Shown in pieces: positions 36,850 through 49,853 of a DNA stretch of 64,000 nt (the stretch's first letter is position 1; the number at the start of each line of letters is the position of its first letter). Where the stretch lies: assembly GCA_013239625.1 (NCBI GenBank), contig MU054212.1, positions 9,596,898 through 9,660,897 on the forward strand, written 5' to 3'. The position numbers were made by a program, and so were the translations under genes. Source of the DNA: Lama guanicoe (Eukaryota). Under the pieces are notes generated by a model. The model did not search any database. It saw nothing but the letters and a program-made list of their open reading frames with translations, and was not told the DNA's origin.

Positions 36850-37020
36850 AATGTCATAGTAACGGTGATGGTTAGTGACCCATGATTAGCAGATCTGAGT
36901 ATTTACTCACTTGATTTTCACCGCAGTCCCGTGAGAGTGGCACTTAGAATCACCATTTTACAGATGAAGAGACTGAGGCACAGAGAGGCTCGGTAGCCTG
37001 CCCAAGGCTGTCCAGCCTCC
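36850..37020 (-). mobile_element. MIR SINE
   Basis: ccattttacagatgaagagactgaggcacagagaggc...cctgcccaagg. Confidence 0.88.
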
Positions 37021-37269
37021 GAGCCGGCTGTGTCCCAACACCTCCCTGCCTCTAAGGGGCCAGGGCACCAGGGGCAGGAGACTGAAGTATCAGAATGGTA
37101 GGCAGCAGCGCACCGGAGGGGAGCTGGGCCGGCTGGCCGGGTGGGGCATCATGCCAGCTGGGAGCGGAGGGTGGGGTCGCCCAGGCTGCTGGTGGACAAG
37201 AGAGGCCCACGTGGGCAAGTCCCTCCCGACGCCACAGCCTCAGGCAAGAGGCCCGTGGGCTCCCTGACG

Positions 37270-37690
37270 GCGGATGACTTACAGCTGACGGGTTAAAGGC
37301 CTGCTTTAATCGAACAATAATATTGGGGTGGGATGCACCACCATACATCAGCTCTCGCCAAATGAAAAATTCGAGAGGAGAATGTGGGAGGTGAGCGATG
37401 GACCAGGAGTGTGCATTTTACCCAAATCTACAGCAATTTACATGCTAGAGAGACAGCTGTTCCCGCTGCCAAGCTGCGGAGCTCCCAGCCACAGCTCAGC
37501 CCACTGGTTCCCTGCTGGCTAACCCCCCGACGCCCCCACCCTTAGCCCAGCCTCTCGCAGGTTCCACCAAATTAAATTTCTTTTCTTTCTTTTGTAAAAT
37601 TATTGTTTTAAGTTCCCCAATGGCAGGATTTGATTTGATTTTTAAAATTCAAAAGTTGTGAAACACATCAAATGTACCTCCTTAACCCAT
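37270..37690. promoter_or_regulatory. Enhancer-like motif island
   Basis: SOX cores AACAAT 37313 and ATTGTT 37602, CAGCTG E-boxes, AT-rich block 37568-37680. Confidence 0.45.
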
Positions 37691-38260
37691 CTTAGCCTTC
37701 CCCTGAGGGAGGCCACCTCCTCTGGCTACCGCGGGCTCCCTGTCCCTGGGTCTGAGTGCTGACCACAACAGGCTTGTGTGCAGAACTGGGGTCTCCCCCG
37801 TCTTGCCCTTGGGTATACACGGAGGGGTGGGCACTCGCCCACCAGGTGCTCCCAAAGTCTTGGGGGAAATGTTCTGAATCAGTCCTGATAAAAAGTCTCA
37901 GGAAAACCATCGTGTCCACGCTTGCTTGATTTCTTCTCCTGCCCTAGGGTAACCCCACATGTGATGGAGGCACAGAGTTCAGGAGTGTTATCCCTGCCCA
38001 GCGCTGACCTCGAACTTCACCCCTGCCTCTTACTGGCCTCATCCCGTCTCTGAGTCGCGGCCCCTCCTCTGTGGAAAGGAGATGGAGTGAGCTGGTGGCC
38101 CAGGGCCAGCCCAGCAGGACGATGCTGTGCGCGTGGGTGTGACTGTGATGTGGCCGGTCCAGCCTTGGACGTGTGCTTTCAGGTCAAGTGTGTGCACGGG
38201 GCGGCTGTCACTCATCCATTAGCTGCAGCTGGCCGGGACGTGGGTGGGGGAAACTGAGGG

Positions 38261-38262
<2 letters not shown>

Positions 38263-38304
<42 letters not shown>
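38263..38304. repeat. (TG)21 microsatellite
   Basis: Direct read. Confidence 0.97.
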
Positions 38305-38308
<4 letters not shown>

Positions 38309-41300
38309 GTGTGACCTCCAAAACCTCCTTGCCGCAGAGTATAAATATTTATACAGATACCTGCCATAAATCTGCCCGCCTGGCAAACAAATGAATTGCA
38401 AACGTAACTTTGGGGGTTTTTACGAAAGCGCTTGGCGGTGATGGGGTGGAAGAAGGAAGGGAGCATCAAGGTGATGAAGCTGGGGGCCCCTGGGCAGGCA
38501 GCTGGGTCCCTTCAGTGAGGGGTGGGGGATACATGTTGTGAAGCGCCTCCAGACTGGACTGTGGCACTGGCATGGGATGGACATACAATCACTCAGCCAG
38601 AACCAGCAGTCACTGACTGGCCGGCCCTGCACAAAGAGCTTCTTTAATCTTCCACATCCCCAGGAGGTAGAGGACACTGAGGCACAGTGAGGGAGGTGGC
38701 TTCCCCGGGTGGTGGAACCAGGATGCCAATCCGAGTCTGTGTGAGGCTGGACCTGGCTGCTACCAGCACCTGATATGGCCGGCCCCGGCCTGGCTGGAGC
38801 TGGAGGCCTGACGGGGCTACACAGTGTCGGCGCCAGAGCCAAGCTCCCCTACTCTTTCACCCCTAAACATCTGCTTCCAATGACCCTCCTGGTCTCCCAG
38901 ATCACCAGTCCCGCCCCCCTCCAGCCCCACCCCACGGGGTGGCGAAGTCCTCTTTAATTGGGTCCACAAGAACTTTATTACCTGGGAGCTAGTTCCTTTG
39001 CTTTTCCTATAACAAATTATCCTAACGATGTGACCCGGGACCAGATGTTAATTGCAGTGGAAAGTAATCAATTTCCTTTACTGAGCCCAGACTCTGGGGC
39101 AGGTTAGTCAGGAGCAGAGACGGGGATCTTAATGAGGGGGGCACCTGACACGTCCAGCAGGCTCTGCAGCGCACCCATGGCTGCCTCGCCTCCTCCTCTC
39201 CCCATCAGCCCTCACCCCTTCCCGCAAGGGCAACCCCTCGTCCAGCCCTTTCCTAAACTGGCAGCCTCCCACTGCTCCAGACCACGTCCCTCTCGGGGGC
39301 CACCTACCTCTCAGGAGCTTCTCTGGCTCCCTGACCCTCATGGAATCAGCTCACCCCTCCTTCCTCTGTGATCCGCCCCAAGCCCCTTCCTAGCCTGGTT
39401 ATCTTTCCAGCTGTGTCTTCCCAGCAGCTCAGCCTGGGTCCCTCTGCAAATGCTGTCTCCCTCCCTCTTTTTGTTGTCTCCTGCATCTCCACCCCTCCTT
39501 TTGCTCTCTCCTGCATCTATGCCTTGCACGGGTGTGTTCCTGCCTTCTCCCATCCCTCTGGCCAAAGCCCAGGCTTCCTCTGGCCATCAAGGCTTCCTAG
39601 GGTCCAGTACTGGGTGCTGGAGAATTCCAGGAAGGCCTCAGAAGACTTGACTGCAACAGAGCCCCTCTCCACTTCTCTCTTGCCATGATGCACCATCGCC
39701 GGGAACTTGGGGCTCTGGGCTGGAGAACAGGAGTCTTGGGGTCTGGCCTCGCCTTAGTTGAAAGTGGGCCAGGCCCCGGGAGTCCCTGCAAAGCGGCTGG
39801 CAGTGCTGACCTGGCTGACCTCCTGGGATGCAGGGAGAGGGCAGGCCCAGCCTTCCCCTGGCCTGGCGAGAGCTGGAGTCATAACCTGGAGCTCAGTTCA
39901 TGTGGTGGACGTTGGACATTTGAAAGCAGAGCAGACATTCCCTCCCTAACTCTTGGGTGCTCCTGGGGTTTTATACTGGGTATTTGCTTTCAGCTGAGTG
40001 TGCAGCAGGGAGGGTCAGGGTTGCAGGGAGAATGGACAAGAGGCTTCCTGAGAGGCAGGAAGGCAGAGGGTTCTAGGCAGGAGCAGCTGATCGGGGAGGG
40101 CAAGGGTCTGGCGTCCGGTGGGTCGGGTGGGCATGGGTAACGTTCCTCCAATGGGCCCTTGATGGACTGACTGTGGACAAGCTTCCGGCCACTCCAGGAG
40201 CCACCCACTCTGTGTAAGGCCCTGAGGTCTACACAGCTCGAAGGACCACCTCCCTGGACTCTCGCCCCGGCTGCACCGAGAACTACCAGAGGAACTTCAA
40301 GAAAACAAAAGGGAAAAAAAGAAAACAGAAAGACACTCATGCCAGACGAATCCAGCCGGAATCTGTCTGTGGGAGCCTGGCCTGGGGTGCTTTTCCAGCT
40401 CCCCGGGTCCCCTGTGCTGCTGTTGGACGCAGGATGGGGCGGGGTGGGTTCCGGCTGCAGGGTCACTTCCGATGGCCTTAGAAATGAGGGGGAAGCACCG
40501 AGAAAACAAAATGAAGGTACACAGCTGAGCTGATAGCCCACATCGTGCGACTGGGCTGGCAGGAAAAGACAGGTGTGCTTACGGGGAAATGGTTCGAGTT
40601 ATTCAAGCCAGATGCTTCTGGGGTCCGCGTGAGAGGCCGAAGCCCCGTCTGAGAGGACGCTGGGTTTCTCTGGCACTAGGGATGCCCCGCCAGCCAGGAG
40701 CACGGGGGCGGGGGATTTGGAAGGACAGAAGGGGAGGACAGGCAGTGTGCAGGGACGGAGAGGGAGGCACCCTCGCCCGCCCCTTGCTTGGGTCGCAGGA
40801 CGTGGGTGTCACAGCGGCTCCGCACGGGTGGAGTGGCCGGACAGAAGCAGCAGGAGTCCAGGGAGGGAGGCCGGCCCTGGTTGGCCATGGGGGTGGCCGA
40901 GGGCACACTCCCCCGATGTCACAATTTCCCTGTCAGCCTCCAATTCTATTAAATAGGATAATGGCTTTTAAAATGCCCTGAAAAGCAGAAAGTGCTCTAA
41001 GATGGGCAGCATTATTGTTACTAACAACCACATCCTTCTTGGAACCTCGGGAGGAATAAATCAGACAACGCTTGCAACGAGAAAGTCCCTTGGAAGCATT
41101 CACTGCCGTGAAATAAACACACGTACGTTATAAACCCCAAATTAAAGGGGAATTACACATGGGGGTAAGACTTGCTTTTATTTTGTAGGATCTTATGAAA
41201 ACCCACAGATGCTGGGAGAGCAGACCTTTGAGGATGCAGTGGGGGGAGCCCAGGGCTGATGGGGAAGGAGCAGCTGGTGGGTGCACGGCCCCCACGTCAG

Positions 41301-42636
41301 CATGGAGGGCAACACGGGGGTCCAGGGAGCCCAGCCGTCTGGCCCGAGGCAGCCAGCACCCGAGCCCCCCGCTTCATGGCATAAATGCGTCCTTGGTGCT
41401 CTTCAAGGCTGATGCATCTCCTTCTCTAGAAAGTTCCCCGCTGTCCCCACCCTGACCAACCTCCCGCCCACTGCTGAGGGAGGGTGGCGGAAGTGGAGGG
41501 GCAGTGGCCATCCTGAAAGGGACTGCAGGTTATTTTTTCCTCTCTTACCTCATTAAGCTTTGCTTCCAATTACACGTTAATGGTGCTGGCCGCCTTTGCC
41601 TTTCGTAGGCTGGAGTTTACTGCAGTGTCTTTAAATTTAATCACCTCCATAATGGCCAGCTCTGGCATCACAAATAAGAGGCTATGGGAAAAAACCCAAA
41701 AGTCCAGTCTTTTGCTCCTGCATAGGCCGGCAAGATTTGGGCCCCTGTTGAGGCCAGAGAAGTCCTCCAATGTCCCCTTGCCCCAGACAAATGCTAGAAA
41801 ATTCTGAGAACTGTCTTCTAGGACCTCCCACAGACTCCCTCTGGTTCTTCATTGACAACTGCACCAAGAAGGATGGAGGTCAGACTCAGGGAAGGACTTT
41901 CTGTCTATGCTGGGATGTGAGCAGGGCTGGAAAGGCTTCTCCCGAGAGAGGGCTTGAGACCCCGTGGCCCCTGCCGGCCCTCCCCTTGCTCCCCCCACGT
42001 GGTCTGCGTGGCACGTGGTGTTGGAGAGGCAGGTCTCCTTGAGCGCCTCAGTGCGGGAGGCTGAGCCTCCATTCTGCTCTGGGGCTTCCACGCCTGGACC
42101 CACCCTTCCCCATAGAGGGTTGATGAGTCCCTGGGGTCTGTCGATTCAGGACCAGGCCTTGTGTCTGCATTTTCCACTGAGACATAGCCAGAATCTGACT
42201 TTCCTTTCAGCCTGGGGCTGTGGCCCCCACCCTCCCGCCCAGTCCTGTATTCGATTTGAACTCAAGGCTGAGTCACTAGTGACAAAGTTGACTCTCCCCA
42301 AACTGTCACGATTTTGGAGATGCAGAGAGAAACTCCCCTGACCTCACCTCCTTCTCAGACCAGCTGCCCTCCCTCCTACGTCCTGTCAAACACCGCCCCC
42401 CACCCCCACTTTCTCTGCCGCTCTCCTTCTGGGGAAACGTCTGCTTTCCCAGTGCCCTTGCGGTGCTGAGGTCTCCTCTCCGGGGTTAAAGGTCTGTGTG
42501 CAGCCTCCCTCTCTCCATGCTTCCCACCAAATAGATCCCCACAGTGTCCTTGCCTGACCCACACCCATGTCCCCCTCTCTATCCTGCTACTCCTGACAGT
42601 CTTCTGCAAGTAATCTACCCATCACCCTTCCTTCTG

Positions 42637-42870
42637 CCATCCACCCACCCACCCACCCACCCATCCATCCGTCCATCCATTCACACATCTATGCACCTAT
42701 GCATCCACCATCCATCCAGCCATCTATCCATTCACTTCCATCTATCCACTTGACTATCCATTCATTCATCCATCCAACCGTCCCTCTACCATCCATCCAC
42801 CCACTCATCCATCCACCAGCAGTATGGAAGGCCTGCTTGGTGCTGGGCCCTGCACTGGTGCTGAGACAAG
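42637..42870. repeat. Degenerate (CCAT/CCAC)n tract running into an antisense L2 tail
   Basis: ccatccatcc repeats to ~42815, then gtgctgggccctgcactggtgctgaga. Confidence 0.8.
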
Positions 42871-43980
42871 GTCCAGGAGGCCACACTGGAGCAAAGAACG
42901 TAGACAATCTATTAGGCAATTATGTCACAAAATCAGGCTTTCAAAGACAGCTCACCCTCTGCCTGGGCTCATCTCAAGCCCCCGGGCTCCAGACTCTAAG
43001 CTCTCGGAATGCTGACGGCTGCCTCACACCATGTGGGGACTCCAGAAGGCAGGTGGGGTCCCCCAGGTGGGAGCCTTGCAGGGGCCGGAGAGGAGGCATG
43101 GACCCCTCCATCACACAAGAACTCCCTTAACGGGCGGTGGAGGAGAGCCTTGCCTCTGCTATTTGAACAGGACTCAGATGCTGAAGGTTTTTTTTTTGAC
43201 TGAGCTCAGAGGATGTCTTGTGGCTGATTTGCTGACCCCCAGCTGCCATCTGGATTAAGACTCAGATCCCTGTTGGTCCCCAAGCCCTCCTTTCTACTTG
43301 ACCCACTTCCTGCATCTACAAAGAATTCACAGCAAGATCCTGTCCTGTCCCGTCTCAGCCTGAGCTCTTTGTCACTCAGCACTGATTGAATATTTATTGA
43401 TGGGCCCGGTGGGAGCAGGGAGGGGAAGGGGAGAGGCAACCCAGAGGTTGGTCAAGGAGGCCCCACGGGGGCTCCGAAACCTGGGCGCAGATGCTTTGGG
43501 TTTGGGGGGTGGCTCAAAGGTAATGACTAGCACTGAAGGGCCACCCTTCACATTAAATCTCGTGGGCCTTAAAATGGCCTGGTGAGGAAGTTCAAGCAAA
43601 AATAAAAACAGAGAACAGCCTGATAATGAGGAGAGGAGGACTGTTACTAACCCATTCTATAGATGGGAAAGCTGAGACACAGAGCTGGTATCAGCAGTCA
43701 AGCCCGTGCACTCTGGCTCTTGAAGACTTAATCACTCTTCTTCTCCTGGCAGAAGCGCTTGGAAGAGAATGGGAAATGCAGATCCAGGGAGGTTCAGGGT
43801 CTGCCCACACCCCTGCCCCAACACACAGCTGGTCCATTACTCAACCAGGCTCCATCTCCTGCCAGGCAACCGTAGACTGGGGCTCCTCCCTCCCTCCCTC
43901 TTGTATCCTGGGCTTGGGAGAGGGCTCCCTGCTCCAGATGTCCTGTTTATGCCTTCCAACTGGGCAAAGGCTAGTGAACA

Positions 43981-44014
<34 letters not shown>
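43981..44014. repeat. (CT)10(CA)7 compound microsatellite
   Basis: Direct read. Confidence 0.95.
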
Positions 44015-44015
<1 letters not shown>

Positions 44016-44849
44016 CCCCAACATGTGCACTTCCATGCACATGTAATGCCTTTTCCATCGGCAATGCAACTAGCAAGCAAGCTTTCTCATTCTTCAGAAC
44101 ACAGGAGAACCAGGAAGTAGGTCATAAAGGCCCCTAAGGTTTATTAATCCCTCCATTGATTCGACAAATGTAAAATATTTACGGTCCATGTATTAAAACT
44201 CTTGTGCACTTTGCTCATGGAAAACCCACTCTAGGGCTATTAACTGCCAGTTTACAAACAGTGCTGATGAGCGGCTCCTGGCTCCCCTCCCCAGAAAAGT
44301 GAGAGCCCTGATTCAGTCACTGCCATTTCCCATGCTGGGAACGGAGTCTGACACACACGTAGTCCTGGAGAACTGAGTGACGTTTAGTGATTCTGGTTTC
44401 TGTCCCCAGAGCTGACAGGTCACAGATTTAATCAGAAGGGCCACCACCCCTGGGAGAGACAAGAACCTTCAGAATACAGCAGTGGGCAGAGAACCGCCTG
44501 CCCCTCTTTGGTACTCTTGACAACAGCAGCCCATAAAAGACAAACTCCAGTCGAGAAGAAAAGTTTAGGTGATGTTTTTATACTGAGTAAGAAAACAGGG
44601 CGCTGGAAAGTGCATTTCAGGAAGCCGTTCCCTCCAAGTGGTTAAAATGCAAGTTTCGAAGTTTTGATGCTCGAAGGAGACGGTCCTCCGCCAGCTGAGA
44701 ACTCTATTATATGGAATCCTTAATTTCCAGATGGTTCATGTATAATACACAAGTCTGTAATATACAGCCCCAGGATTTCTTCCTCCCATGCTAAATGCCA
44801 TGTGACATCCGTAAACCCCTCCTTTCTTTTCAAAGCACGTCCACATCCG

Positions 44850-45005
44850 TTATCTCCCTTGATTCCCCCAGATAGTCCTGTGATGCGTGCAGGGAGGCAG
44901 GTAGTAACCTATTATCTTACAGAAGAGGAAACAGAGGCCCAGGTCTTGTATGAGTGATGACCGAGACCCACACAGAAAAAGGGCTCCTGACTCGCACTCC
45001 AGTGC
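44850..45005 (-). mobile_element. MIR remnant
   Basis: ttacagaagaggaaacagaggcccag...ctcctgactcgcactccagtgct. Confidence 0.65.
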
Positions 45006-46791
45006 TGGTGCTGCCTCCTGGGCCCCTCTCCTTGCTGGTCAGGAAGAGGGGACCCTAAGGATCTCCGGAAAGAATGAATTCTCCCTCTGCCTCTCAGCCC
45101 ATCATGCTTGACCTGTCTAGGGTTCCAGATGGTTCCTGTTTCTTCTGTAGACGTTCCAGATACCCTGGCCACACTGACAGCTCCCCTGCGGCTCCGCACA
45201 GCCCCCCACCCCACGAGCTTGTCCTGCCTCCTTCCGCTAACTGTGAGACCAGGAGGAGATGCTCAATGCTGGGTGCAGGGCGGGGGAGATGTGACCCTAA
45301 GAGAGATCCGTACATAGGTAGATAGATTGATGGGATGAAGTTGTACAGATTGGGCGATGGGAAGGGGGCAAGTTTGGCTTCTCAAGTCTTGTTATCTCGC
45401 TTATGGGGGAGGGGGAGGGGAGACTCTCTGTCCTTCCTGAGCTGCTAAATGCTGTCACAAAAACATTTATTAATATGCAAATTCTAAGTGGCAATCTGGA
45501 CCCAGTCGGGTTGTGCTAATTTGCACATTAATATCTGTCTCCAGGCCAGCCTCAGCTCTGGAGAGGGAGCCGGTGGGGCTGGGAATAGGGACTGGGGAGG
45601 GAGGGAGCAGGCGGGGCAGGTTGGAGAGGGCCTGGAGGGGCCTTGTGGCCCAACCTGACAGAGGTGGGTCTGTAGTGGAGGAACTGGGATGCACCTTGGC
45701 TCAACAAACTCAGTCCATGATCAAGGCAGGACCTGGATGCTGGCCTTTCACCCCTTCTGGTGCCTGAAGTTCCCTGGGCCATGTTGGAAGTCGTGCAAGG
45801 AAATGGCTGCTGAAGAAACCTTGGCCCAGAGAGGGAGCTGGTGCTGACAACAGCAGAGTGAGGGTGGTGGGAGAAGTAAGTGGAGAGCATCACTGGACAC
45901 TGGCCGGACAGGGCTCCCGTTGTCCCCCTCACAGTGACGAGCATCTTTTGGGTGGAGGAATGGCCAAGGAACCCCTCCTGGCTTACTTGTTCCTTCCTGA
46001 ACCAGGGCCCATCTTCCACACCTGGAGAGGTGGCCTCCTCTCTCTGCTTGTCCCGGAACCCCCTGCCCTCTTCAGTGGACTTGTATCCCCCATTCTGTAC
46101 ACATGAGTACAGAGCCATTCATCTCAGATTTGCCGGGTCAACCTCCATCCCAAACCTTCCCTCCCTCTGTCCCTGTAGATACAATTGTATTTGTCAGACA
46201 ATGTGTCGGACTCTTACGTTAAGAAAATAATCATCATTTCTAATGGGTTCAGCAAGGGGGGTAGTGATGTCAACAGAAAAGTGGGAGCTGGGTGCAGGGG
46301 CCTCCCCTTACCTTAGCTGGTCCGCACACTCAGGACAGTAGCCATCCGACCTGATGTGCCCCTTGTCTTCCAGCTCCCCAATCTGCAACCCCTCTCCTGC
46401 TATGTTCTGATTTGATTCCTTCTCCAAACTCAGCCTTGCGCAACAAACCTTCTCGACATTCTGTCCAGAGTGCTTTTCTGTCACCTGTTGCCACCAGCCA
46501 GTGTTTCTCTGATCATTCCATGTGTGAACCTTGTTTCCCTAGTTACATGGGGAGCTCTCTCCTCCATGGTACCTGGCAGGGATCAGGCACGTGGCCTGGA
46601 TTCAATGCAGACTTACCAGTTTTCCGAAGCATTTACATCAGTTAACAGCTTTCACCTTTGCTCAAGCCAAGTGTAAATGGCCAGGCCGTCACTTCCAGAC
46701 ACTATGCTTGTAGCACTCAAGTGTGGTATTTATTGCTGCTTCACAGGTTTAGGTTTAGGGATTCCCTTACTTAACCCAAATAAACTAAACT

Positions 46792-46822
46792 TGCAATTCT
46801 GAAGGAGGCCACCAGGTGGTGA
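46792..46822 (+). promoter_or_regulatory. Extended CTCF site (upstream module + core, forward)
   Basis: TGCAATTCT at 46792, then GGCCACCAGGTGGTGA (CCACCAG at 46809); same 17-bp offset as the 14.3 kb site; the 3' CG position reads TG. Confidence 0.65.
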
Positions 46823-46834
46823 TATGTGGCTTGG

Positions 46835-46874
<40 letters not shown>
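46835..46874. repeat. (TATC)10 microsatellite
   Basis: Direct read. Confidence 0.96.
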
Positions 46875-46877
<3 letters not shown>

Positions 46878-48209
46878 ATCTTTGCTTTGCGCATACTTTC
46901 TGGAGACCATGAATTAGTGTAATTTGTCTTTCTTACCTTTCCACAAGTTTAATTTACCTGCTCTTACACTCCAAGCATATCCATCCCTATCCCCGAAAGG
47001 GTGTCTGTTGTGGTGGGACTGACAAATAGACAAAGAGGATAACAGTATCATGGGATGTGTGTTGAAATAAACCAAGTGCAGGATGAGAAGTCAGAATGTG
47101 CAAAGGGACAGAGGCGATGACAGGGGAGGGATGAGAAGTGATGTGGCTGGTGGGAGAGTTTCCCGGAAGAAGAGTAGGAGCCGACAGGCTGGACCACTAC
47201 CTCCTGGGCTAGACCATCAGCCTTGAATACCTTCCCATCACCTGCAGGCAGCGTGGAGCACATCAAGAAAGTGGCGAGTGTTTTATGACTAGGCAAGTGG
47301 TTCTGGGGCAGAGTGGGTGAGAGCTGAGCGTGCCGGCCTCATTTGGGAGCTGAGCTGGAGCTGCAGGGTCCTGGGGAGAGATGGAGGAAGGCCATGCAGA
47401 AATGCAGAGAGGCAAGCCTGGGGAGGAGAGGGAGGACCGGACGCTCAAAGGAGGGACGGGTGAGGCAGAATCAGCATGGATAACTGAGCTGTCCCGATCT
47501 GGAGACCGTGCAGATCTGGAGACATTAACCAAGAGAGAACACGTGCTTTCCCACTAATTATCCTTAGAAAAAGTCAAAATAGAACTTTTGATTGAATTAA
47601 ATTAACTTGAACGTGGCGCCATTAAACAGGAGATTGGAAAGTCTTGCAAAACAAACCTATAAAGAAAAAAACCACCTAGGTGCAATTCAGTCCCTTTCTC
47701 AATAATCTTTAACTGTTATGGTCCTAAATAGTTTCTCTTTTCCTAAATTGTTTCCCCTCTAGGGTTTCAAAGAAGAAACCATTGACTGCATGCCCACCCC
47801 CCTTCACTCTGCTCTCACACCTCAGGGTGTGTACAGAGTTGGGTTCGGTGAATTCTCTTTGCAATAAAAAGGTTTTATTGCCTCCGATAGACTAAGTCTG
47901 CACGCTCTTGCAGTGACCTGAAGAAGAAACCACCAGCAGAAGAAAATGAAAAACGTGCCTCTCATCTGGGTCTGGGGGCTTTCTTGGCTCTCAGTTTAAG
48001 TGGTGACATCAGAGAGACGGGGTGCCCGGGGCTGCACCCGCTGCATCCGGGGCTCCACAACCCCTGGGCCCTCACTTGGGGATGTGTGGGTATTACTTTG
48101 AGAGTCTAGCAGCTTCGGGAGAGAGATGACCCCAAGTGCAACCAAGTAGGACCCTGTGGGGCATTCCAGGGACAGACCTCTCCCCCCATCCTCTGCTGCA
48201 TCTCCTCTC

Positions 48210-48620
48210 TGAAGTACCCAGATAATAGTATCTAGTGCACATTTCCTGAACTGTTTTACAGATGCTAAGACGCTGCGCAAATGGAAGAAATTAACTATTT
48301 GATGACCGGGACCCCGTAGCCCCTAGACCTGGAGTCTAAGGGTTGATATTGTTAACCCCTGTGACACCACCCTGTTACCTCACCATCAACCAATCAGCGC
48401 ACTGTGCATGAGCTGATTATACACCCTGCGACTCCCTCCCTCACCTGGCCTTTAAAAATGCTTTGCTGAAACCCATGGGGGAATTCGGGTATTTAGAACA
48501 CGAGCTGTCCCGGACTCCCTGATGCAATAATAAACGTGCACTTTCCTTCACCACAACCAGTGTCAGTAGATCGGCTTTTCTGTGCTTGGACGAGCAGGCT
48601 CAAGTTTTGGTTCAGTAACA
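48210..48620 (+). mobile_element. ERV1 solo LTR (MER41-like), 5' end uncertain
   Basis: CCAAT 48390, TTTAAAAA 48451, AATAAA 48529 and terminus caagttttggttcagtaaca, in LTR order. Confidence 0.78.
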
Positions 48621-49792
48621 GAAGTTCCTCTGGTCCCTTGTGCTGGGCGTTATTTGTGCCCAAGACTCTTCGGCAGAAAGCTGGGGGCCACTCCTCCTTT
48701 CCTGTCCTCCTACTAACCTCCACGTTGCCAGCAGCCAGGAGACCTGGGGCCAGCTGGGCCTCTCAGGGAAGCTGAACCCACACATCTGGACCAAGCTCTG
48801 CTCTGTAGGCCAGCGGTGGGTCAGGGGCCCTCAGAACCCGCCCCCGGGCACTGGCTGGCCTCTGCCTCTGTGGTCTGAGCCCTGGAAACCCGGAACCACA
48901 GCCAGTTGACTGCTTCCTGAACCTCCCAGGCCCCCCCTTGTCACCCGGAGGCTCACGCTCAATCCTGGGTGCTCAGGATGCTATAGTCTCCCGAGTGCTG
49001 GGCCTAAGTCTGAACCAGGTCCCAGCTGCGTCTCCACCTCGAGGGATGGATGCAGCTGCTCCTGTTAAATCTATCTGGACAGACCCAGAGACTGGTTAGA
49101 AGCCGGAGGACACTGGATTGGGCCTTTTCTGGCCTCCAGAGGCTGGTGGAAGGGTTCAGGGCCGGCCGCAGGCTGGGTTCTTCTTGTTCCTCGGCAGCTC
49201 CCTGTGGGCTGGACCTCATTTGTGCAGCAGATTAGCAGCATGTTCTGCTTTCCATCCCAGCCCTGCGCTCCTTCCAGCTCTAATCCCAGTAGATCTGTGC
49301 CTGCCACCCCAAATCCCCTTGCAAGCCAAGGCCCGGGCATGGAGCCCTGGGCAGGGAGAGGCACGGACTCCTACAGCCGAGCAGAGCCCACTCCCCAGGC
49401 CCGCCTCTTTCCCATCCGATGATGACATTCTCCATCCCGCTGCGCTTGTCCCTGCTTTAATGCAACACCCCCTGGGGGTTATGGGGCGTTAAACAAGTGC
49501 TTTCCGGGGGCAGATGTTTGGAGCAGGTGGAGGTGGGGGACCATCTGAGGTGGGAGAGGGGACTTTAAGGGGAAAAGGAAGGTGGGGATGAGGGGCCCAC
49601 TCTTTAGCACATCCGTCAGGCTTGATCTTAACGATACCAGAAGCTGTGCACAGAGCTGGGGGTGGGGAATACCGTCCCCCTCCCGGAATGGGCCACCCGC
49701 TGGCCTTTGACCCCCTGCTCTGACTCTGCCTGCTCTGATTTTCCCTCCTCCTCCTTCCTCTCTGCTTCCTTCTCCCCCACCCTCCTCCCTGG

Positions 49793-49853
49793 NNNNNNNN
49801 NNNNNNNNNNNNNNNNNNNNNNNNNNNNNNNNNNNNNNNNNNNNNNNNNNNNN
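49793..49853. other. Assembly gap (61 N)
   Basis: Run of N following a pyrimidine-rich tract. Confidence 1.

Noticed and set aside
49741..49853. Possible hidden feature at the N gap
   Set aside because: Unknown bases cannot support a call; the pyrimidine-rich flank suggests a simple repeat.
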